Shown: positions 1 through 6,728 of the stretch, in pieces
Layout of the letters: every line of letters starts with the position of its first letter
Position numbering within the stretch: the first letter of the stretch is position 1
Source: Geosiphon pyriformis uo1
Lineage: Eukaryota > Fungi > Glomeromycota
Assembly: GCA_016748015.1 (NCBI GenBank)
Contig: JAAOMT010000623.1
Location: forward strand, 1 to 6,728
Length of the DNA: 6,728 nt
Direction of reading: 5' to 3'
Translations under genes and position numbers: made by a program
The notes under the pieces: model-generated
The model's database searches: none
Told to the model about the DNA's origin: nothing
Seen by the model: the letters and a program-made list of their open reading frames with translations, nothing else

Positions 1-2
1 TA

Positions 3-374
3 GATATAGAGAGACAAATCTTGTATTGATATAAGTCCTTTAATATTCGGAATAAGAAGTGGTGGCCAGTTTATTATAGTGTTTTTAGAAAATGTAGCAT
101 GGAATATTGCAAACTAACCAAGGTCAATTAAAGTCAAATAAAGTTTGCAAATTTCTCATGATTAATGATATGTGAAGACACCAAAATCATGACATTTCGA
201 TAATCTAATCACAAATTTTATTGTGACAAAAACTGACTATGTTACACAAAGAAGAGATTTACTACTAACAAGAAATAGTTGACGATTTTTCACATACCTT
301 TACTGAGCCCATGTTTTGACAAAGTGAAAGACAAATTTGAATTTTTTCTTCACTTTATTTACTTGACAACCATT
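3..374 (-). pseudogene. Decayed coding fragment weakly resembling the poly(A) polymerase central domain
   Basis: Reads NGCQV...FKFVFHFVKTWAQ*R, then a possible intron 297-205 (AG|GTATGT..TTAG, 93 nt), then ...DFG...EICKLYLT...FHATFSKNTIINWPPLLIPNI. GC1/2/3 is about 35/31/20 in 1-300. Motif order recalls PAP LNGxRV..FR..LRAIKLWAQRR..FG..RICQLYP..WNWPxP, but spacing is imperfect. Confidence 0.25.
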
Positions 375-720
375 TTTTTATGAAAACTTTTCTTCTTATC
401 AATAACAAAATAAATATTTTTGATCAGTTATTCCCTAATTCCATTGATTATTTAAAAATACTAGGAAGGAAGAAATTTTCAAATAATTTGGGAAAGAATC
501 ACAATCAGTTTGTGTTAATTAGCATCGTGTATTAGATTTGTATTTAAATTATTAGCAGTTAAAAGTTAGAATAAAAAAACAAGATCAGAATTTTTATAAT
601 TTTAGAAAATAATAATTGATATATTTTAGAAAACCAAAAATGTAATTAATATTTTGGTAAGAGAATATATATTAAAACATATCAAATATGATTTATAAAA
701 AACCAAAAGACACTTTATAC

Positions 721-1423
721 ATTCATTCATTTGTTTGTTGTCTTATTTTCTGGCTGACTTTAATTTAGGAATTACTCTAAATTATTATTAATTGGATTTT
801 TAACATTGAGAGAAATTAGGTTCAAAACTATTTAAATTTACTGCTCTTTAAGCACTAATTTAAATTAGCAATCTGCATTATATTGTGCTTTTTTATTAAA
901 AGTATTTATCAAATAACTTAAGATTTTAAGTAATAGTAACTGATAACTATATTCTTTATCCTAATCTTTTGTTGTGGAAACATTTTTTAAAATTTTAATA
1001 GCATTTAATCTCTTAATAAACATTTAAAAATTGTGTTTGTATACTTTGAATATAAATATTAAATATTTTATAAATGTTATGTGTTCAATAAGCTACTAAA
1101 CAAGACTAATATATAGTTCTTTAGAAATTTAAATTAAAAATTTTTAAGTCTATGTATGTTATTTAAAACATTTATGATTTTGTCAATCAGTTTTTAAAGA
1201 ATATTTTTTAAAGCCAAATTCTAGTACAATTCATATTAAGTGAGCTTACTTTCCAAAAATTGATGATACAATAAAATAATTTCTCTAGTACTAATAATAT
1301 AATATTACTTTTAATATTATTTATTTTTTGACATATTTTTTTTTCTTACTTAATTTACTTTAAATTTCAAAAATATTCTCTCTCTCTAATAGTTATATTA
1401 AAAAACAATGAATAAATAAACAA
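721..1423 (-). pseudogene. Probable downstream exons of the same decayed gene (1423-1250 and 1149-~721)
   Basis: 1149-721 reads ISKELYISLV**LIEH...FIKRLNAIKILKNVSTTKD*DKEYSYQ...FNKKAQYNADC*FKLVLKEQ, with GC1/2/3 about 35/22/26. The frame change relative to the upstream relic is exactly accounted for by a phase-0 intron at 1249-1150. Confidence 0.3.
1150..1249 (-). other. Putative 100-nt spliceosomal intron
   Basis: Minus strand reads AAA|GTAAGC ... AATAACATACATAG|ACT. Removing it joins the two flanking candidate frames in phase 0. Confidence 0.4.
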
Positions 1424-1507
1424 CTAAATCACAATGAAAATGAAAATTTCATGTGATATTAATAATTGATTAAATTAAATTAATTAATCAATTGTCAATC
1501 TCATTAC
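1424..1507 (-). other. Putative 84-nt spliceosomal intron
   Basis: Minus strand reads CGT|GTAATG ... very AT-rich ... GATTTAG|TTG. It is frame-preserving, and it would place the 1484-1486 stop inside the intron. Confidence 0.25.
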
Positions 1508-3240
1508 ACGATTGCTTTTAAATAATTTCTATGCTAAAATCTTATAAGATTTGAATATATCTGTTGGAGATACTTCAAATTCTTACCAAAATCATTATTT
1601 ATAAGGTTTTAGTTGTAAAAATACACCAAAAGTCAGCACTTTATATTAAAAAATAATAAGGAAGTTATATATTTCAGCTATACTTTATCAATTTTCTTTT
1701 TGTATTAAAATTTGTCTAGGTAATATTATGGAAATTCTTTCAACATTTTGGCAATCTTAAAGCATCAGCTTATTTAAGGCTTGTTCTAATAAGAAATAAT
1801 GCCCATAAGAATCTTATAACTTAACAAGTAAAAGTTTAAAATGATCTAATTTAAAAAGTAAAAAAATTTTTTCCCAAAAAAAATAACATTACAGAGATTA
1901 ACAGATATTTTTACTCAAAAGAAATACAAAACATCTTTTTTCAAAAAAAAATTCTATCAATACATCAAAATTGCTGTGAGTTTTTATTGTTTTAGTAAAG
2001 TACAAGCTATTAAGCCAGAAATTTATGGTATTTTTATTTGAAAATTAGCAGGTGTGATTTTCAAAATAATCTTGTCATAACAGAATAATTTTGACTTTGT
2101 TATAGCAGAGTTTTATACTATCAATAACACAATATTTATTACTATAAAAATAAGAACCATTAAGAAATAAAGAATATTAAAGAAATAAAAAAAATATCTT
2201 GGTTCCTTATCAAATAGATGAAACAAAAATTGACTGAGTTTCAGAAATGTTTTAAAATCATAAAACCAAAATTTCAAAAATTTTATGATTTTCAACTTCA
2301 AAGTGAAGCTCTCTAACATGTTATAGCAGTTAAACATAATTTAAATAGTAATAAGAAGCTTATAGAATTTTCTAAATTTAAATTATGTTTAATTTAAATA
2401 CTAAATCATTTTACTTTGATTATTTTAGTATATATTTTGCTTGGAATACTAGAATTAATAGTGCTTAATCTTAAACAAAACATAAACATGTATACTTTTG
2501 GACAACTTTGTATTGACAATTGTCAATTTGTGTATTATGTGAATTTACTTATCAGTAAAATGCATATTTATTGAATTATTAATATAGATAATTATGTTTT
2601 AAGGCTACAATTGAGTGTTTTATTTTACATTTACACTATGTTAAAATATTGAATTAAAGCAAATAATTATTTGTGTTTTACAGGAAACTTATTTGTGTAT
2701 ACAAGTCTAGTATTAGAGTGAAATCATTTTATTGAAGAGAACCAGATAAATATTTCTAAAATTTCTTTTTTAAATTTTAAAAAATTATTAATTTTAATTA
2801 TTTTAACCTTTATTTTTATTTTTTTATAACCATATAATAACCAATACTCAACCAATAATTATGCTGTACATAATGGTCTTTACTTTCTTTGAAAGATGCA
2901 ATGTCTACTTGGAAACTTTCTATAACTGTCTCTTTAAAATGAAATTTTTATACAGTAATAATGAAAAATTTGGTTTAACTCTTACAGCAAATTAAAAAAC
3001 TTACAAAATTCAAAAATATTCAATTTACAATATTATAACATTGGATTTATTAAATTGATTCACCTAGTTTTTGGCAAAAAATTATATTGTTAAACATATA
3101 TTATTCAAATTAGCTTGTTACATTCTTGATTGACCATATTTATTTTTAATATAAATTGTTTACAAAGCCACAAATTGGATTCCAAATTAGAAATAATAAA
3201 AAATCAATTTTACTACATTGGCTTTTACATGTATTTGGGA
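1484..3240 (-). pseudogene. Long decayed coding frame, family unassigned; may extend upstream towards ~3960
   Basis: One minus frame (codons start at positions =1 mod 3) gives protein-like blocks: HFKETVIESFQVDIASFKESKDHYVQHNYWLSIGYY, HVRELHFEVENHKIFEILVL, DSYGHYFLLEQALNKLML*DCQNVERISIILPRQ and FW*EFEVSPTDIFKSYKILA*KLF. Hand count over about 585 codons gives G+C at codon positions 1/2/3 of about 151/119/101. Stops are mostly TAA. Caveat: stop density (about 9%) is no lower than random for this composition. Confidence 0.45.
2330..2392. repeat. Perfect 17-bp inverted repeat with 29-nt spacer
   Basis: 2330-2346 TTAAACATAATTTAAAT and 2376-2392 ATTTAAATTATGTTTAA are exact reverse complements. Confidence 0.8.
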
Positions 3241-4021
3241 AGTATAAAAAATAAAGAAGCTTTATATGTGGTAATTTTTACGAGTTATTTGTTAAGTTTT
3301 TTTTTACACACAGACTAATTACAAAAATATTTTATAATCATCAAATTTTGAAAGATTAAAGTGCACTTTTAATATAAGATTAATCATTAAAATTTAACTA
3401 TACAAATTTTAAAAACCTTTTTTTGAGTCTTATTTATAAACATTATAGTTCTTTATTTTGTGACAAAAGCCTAAAATTATTAATACTTTTACTTATATAT
3501 TTGAATTGTTAATCTATTTTTTTATCATTAAGTTAAATTTTTTTTTCCTTTCTTCTTGAATTGTAATTTATAAAGTTAGGTTAGAAATATTAATTGAGAC
3601 ATAAAATTATTAACAATTAGAGACTATTTTTCAATTTTCAAATTTTTTTGAAAAAATTAATAACTGTTATTTTGAGACTAATTACATTAATTAAATTATC
3701 TATATATTGAATTTTTTTTTATATTGTTTTTAATTATCTTACTTTTAACTATTTATTATTATGTAATTTTGACTTATAACATTACAATTTATATATATAG
3801 TATTTTTTTTAAAAAGATACTGTATATTAATTGCTTTTTTTTTAATATATAAATAAATTATTAATTATTTAATACTGTTTATAAAAAATATTCATTTCAA
3901 TTTTTGTTTAATAATTAAAAATGTTGCATAAATATGAAAATCTTTTTTTTTAGTTAGTTAATAAAAATATTTATCATATATAATAACAAACTTAAAAAAA
4001 TAAGTTATTTTTAAAATAAAC

Positions 4022-4352
4022 TTTGAATATATAATACACATTGAGCATCAATTATAAAATTTAAAACAACCAAAATTTTAAGAATTAAAATAATAAAAAA
4101 TTTTTGACAGCTTAAATAAAATTTATTTTAAATATAACTATAAAAAGTTAAAATTTTTTGTTAATAACTTAATTAATAAATAAGCCTATGACCTTTAATA
4201 TCCAGTTTTACCAATCATAAAAGCACCAAAAAAATACATTTTAATTCAAATAACAGTTAATATTACACAAAAAAGCATAACATAATCATTAATTAATTTT
4301 TTTCAACAATTACATCATAAATAAGAATTATAAATCTAAATCAGACTTTTAA
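4022..4352 (+). pseudogene. Possible decayed coding exon; strand and frame ambiguous
   Basis: Plus frame 2 reads FEYIIHIEHQL*NLKQPKF*ELK...AYDL*YPVLPIIKAPKK...NFFQQLHHK*EL, with G+C concentrated at codon position 1 (about 30 versus 17/17). All stops are TAA, and it ends at a donor-like GTATGT (4353). The same periodicity also fits a minus frame. Confidence 0.2.
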
Positions 4353-4624
4353 GTATGTGATATTTTTTTTAAGCAGTTAAAATTGTTAAATAATTTATAT
4401 ATTAAAAATTATGATATTTATTCTATTTATTTATAAATATCTATACAAATATGATTATAATAAATAGTTTTTATTATGTTACTATCTTATACTGTTAATT
4501 TTTTAAAAATATTAAAACTAAAATTAATAATAATAAAATAATTTTCTGTTATTTTTTTGATTTTTACTGTAAATAGTTTAATTTTTTTTCAATACAATTT
4601 TAAATTAATATTTTTTGTAATTTA

Positions 4625-4704
4625 CTAAAAAAAAAATTATTTGTTAGTTAATAAATTATATTATGTTTTTAATGCTAAAAATGCGAATAAGATTTCTAGT
4701 TTAC
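4625..4704 (-). other. Putative 80-nt spliceosomal intron
   Basis: GTAAAC donor at 4704, fungal-type branch site ACTAAC (4648-4643), T10 tract and TAG acceptor ending at 4625. Confidence 0.35.
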
Positions 4705-5032
4705 TTATAAAATTGTTATTTTTTTAATTTAAAGTTAAATGCAATAAAATGAGAATTTTTTGTTTAATGTTTTAATTATTCTAGTTACAAACAGCAACTA
4801 TAAACGTAGATTATATGTTTTTAACATGTAACCAGCCACTGAACTTTCATCAAAGCTAACCATATTTACATTATTATTATTACTTACCACCTTAATCCAA
4901 AACAATAACTTATATATGAAAATATATCAAATATTTAGTTTTTATAAAATTATAAACTACTTATTTTGATAAATAAATTATAATAAAGAATAATTTTTAG
5001 TCAAAAATAAGCTGAATTCAAAATTAAACAGT

Positions 5033-5100
5033 TTATATAACCTATAAACTTATAATATATAAATTATATAACAATATATAATATTATATTATAATATAAA
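5033..5100. repeat. TA-rich low-complexity tract
   Basis: Repeated TATAA/ATATAT-like units with almost no G or C. Confidence 0.5.
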
Positions 5101-5577
5101 AGATAAAAAATTGATAATTAAGCTAAATTTTCTAAAGTTTTTATTAAAATTAAACTTTTTTAATGTACAGTTTTTGAGATCAAAAGTTTTATTTGATTAT
5201 AGTTAATTTTAGATAATAGTACTAATAAAAATTTAGCTCAAATTTTATACATGTTTTTTAATAAAAAAATTGAAATTTTGGCTGTTGAGATATTTTATTT
5301 TTTTTAAAAAAAAGCTTTGATATTTAATTGTAAAAAGTTACAGAATCATTTTAGAATGATTTTTTAGACAAAATATTTGAGAGACTAAAAGAATAGAGAG
5401 TTTAAAGACTCAGAATTAGTTAATTAATTAATAAAATACTAGTTAATATTTTACTTTAGCTCTAGATAAATATTAAATCACATGTTAATTGCATAAATAC
5501 TGATATGTGAAAAAAAGTTTTCAAATTAGTTTAAAAAAAATTTATCATAACAAGATGAAATCTGAAATAACAAATAA

Positions 5578-5676
5578 TAAAACCTGTAATAAATTAGTAA
5601 AACCTGTAATAAATTGAATAAATTGAGTAAAACTTGCAATAAATTAATAAAATTTACAATAGAATAAAACCTGTAA
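5578..5676. repeat. Degenerate ~20-bp tandem repeat (about 5 copies)
   Basis: TAAAACCTGTAATAAATTAG (5578), TAAAACCTGTAATAAATTGA (5598), partial ATAAATTGAG (5618), TAAAACTTGCAATAAATTAA (5628), TAAAATTTACAATAGAA (5648), TAAAACCTGTAA (5665). Confidence 0.85.
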
Positions 5677-6398
5677 ATTTTATGATTATATTAAGTAAAA
5701 AAATAAAATATATAAAATATGTAAAGAAAATAAAAATACATTATCTTTACTATTATAACATTATTACTAATAAGCAATTATGCTTTGTTTACTAGCTCTA
5801 TTAAAAAAAAAGACTATTTAGTACTCATTATTGCCAACTATTTAATATATATAAGTGCTATTTATAGAAGTATCCTTAGTATTAGATTTATATATATTTG
5901 ATATAGTATTTCTAGAAGGTAGTAGTTTTAATAATAGCTATAAAATTTTAGATTATAACTATATGAATAAAAAATAAATAAGAAATTATTATTTATATAA
6001 ATTATATTTTTATACAATTGTATTTATTGAATATTAAGATATGTAAAAGAGATGTAAAAACCATTTTACTTGTAAATAAAAATGCAAACAAAAATTTAAA
6101 TTCAAAGTTGACATATGTAAAATATCTTAAATGTTTTAATAGTGTATAAAATAAAAAATAATTTCTAATCAAAATTAAAAAGTATTAATTTTATCTTTAT
6201 TTATAAAATAGGAGATACTGTATCAAAAAGACAAATTAACCAGTGACTGTTTTTGATTTTTGTTATTAATATTATGAAAATTAGAATCATTAATGAAAAA
6301 AATCTCTTTAGAACAAAGATTTACTAAAAAAAATAAATTTTTCTAAAAGAAATTAAATTACAAAACAAAAATAAATTTGAATTAAGTTTATTAATTTT

Positions 6399-6728
6399 TT
6401 AATATAGATATTCTCTAATAGAAGTTTTTTTTGTAACAACATCTATTATATAGCTAACATTTGTTTCAAAAATTTTAAAAATTTCAGCTGGTATTAATAT
6501 AATAGGTTGCAAAAAATCTACAAAGCTAAGACAATAGCAATTGAAAATTGTGTCCTTCTTTCAAAAGTAGTTATACAATGAATTTTGTCATATATAAAAA
6601 AATTTGAGTTTTTTGCAATAAAAACTAATTACTATATATAATAAAAAAAGATCTTTATTTTTAAGCTTATTTGTTTGAATAATAACAATATTACTTGTTT
6701 GAATTTTTCATTCAAAGTTTAGTCAACT
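6399..6728 (-). pseudogene. Decayed coding frame entering from the right edge, unassigned
   Basis: 110 codons: S*LNFE*KIQTSNIVIIQTNKLKNKDLFLLYIVISFYCKKLKFFYI*QNSLYNYF*KKDTIFNCYCLSFVDFLQPIILIPAEIFKIFETNVSYIIDVVTKKTSIREYLY*. There are only four internal stops, all TGA, and no TAA/TAG until 6401-6399. GC1/2/3 is about 27/24/15. Confidence 0.5.

Noticed and set aside
237-312. Start exon ATG GGC TCA GTA AAG|GTATGT with a 61-nt intron (minus)
   Set aside because: The spliced product stops after about 30 codons, and the upstream frame suggests an internal exon instead.
1537-1552. 16-bp palindrome AAATCTTATAAGATTT
   Set aside because: About one such palindrome is expected by chance at this AT content.
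2098-2329. 11-bp direct repeat TGTTATAGCAG (2098, 2319) as a target-site duplication
   Set aside because: No terminal inverted repeats inside it, and the relic frame continues across it.
2113-2337. Supplied 74-aa minus ORF
   Set aside because: F/L/I-rich composition typical of AT-rich chance ORFs; it is not the frame favoured by codon-position bias.
2512-2527. 16-bp palindrome ATTGACAATTGTCAAT containing TTGACA
   Set aside because: Near chance expectation, with no prokaryotic gene context to make it an operator or promoter.
3130-3318. Supplied 62-aa plus ORF
   Set aside because: TTG start, no recognisable motif, and antisense to the relic frame.
1484-3960. Live gene in a ciliate-type code (TAA/TAG=Gln)
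   Set aside because: Multiple in-frame TGA also occur, and CpG loss plus transition-only repeat divergence explain the stops more simply.
5342-5363. 22-bp near-palindrome with two G.T mismatches
   Set aside because: Compatible with C->T decay but too short to separate from chance.
5578-5676. CRISPR array or iteron interpretation of the repeat
   Set aside because: Units are abutting and degenerate with no unique spacers, and there is no cas or rep gene.

Overview
Very AT-rich window (about 20% GC overall; about 29% in 1-300, about 21% in 1484-3240, lower in 3600-5150). I see no intact gene, RNA gene, CRISPR array or recognisable prokaryotic operon. It reads as eukaryotic, probably fungal-type, hypermutated relic DNA. 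I found only about 8 CpG by eye, against several tens expected from base composition. Short GT..AG intron-like segments (80-100 nt) are present. Several stop-riddled reading frames keep codon-position GC bias, and their stops are what C->T transitions would give from CAA/CGA/CAG. The best supported relics are all on the minus strand: 1484-3240, a possibly spliced continuation to about 721, and 6399-6728. Weaker hints are a poly(A) polymerase-like fragment (3-374) and an isolated Walker A (4204-4227). There is also a decayed ~20-bp tandem array (5578-5676) and a perfect 17-bp inverted repeat (2330-2392). All counts are by hand, and protein identities are tentative. I cannot support a novel functional system from this window alone.
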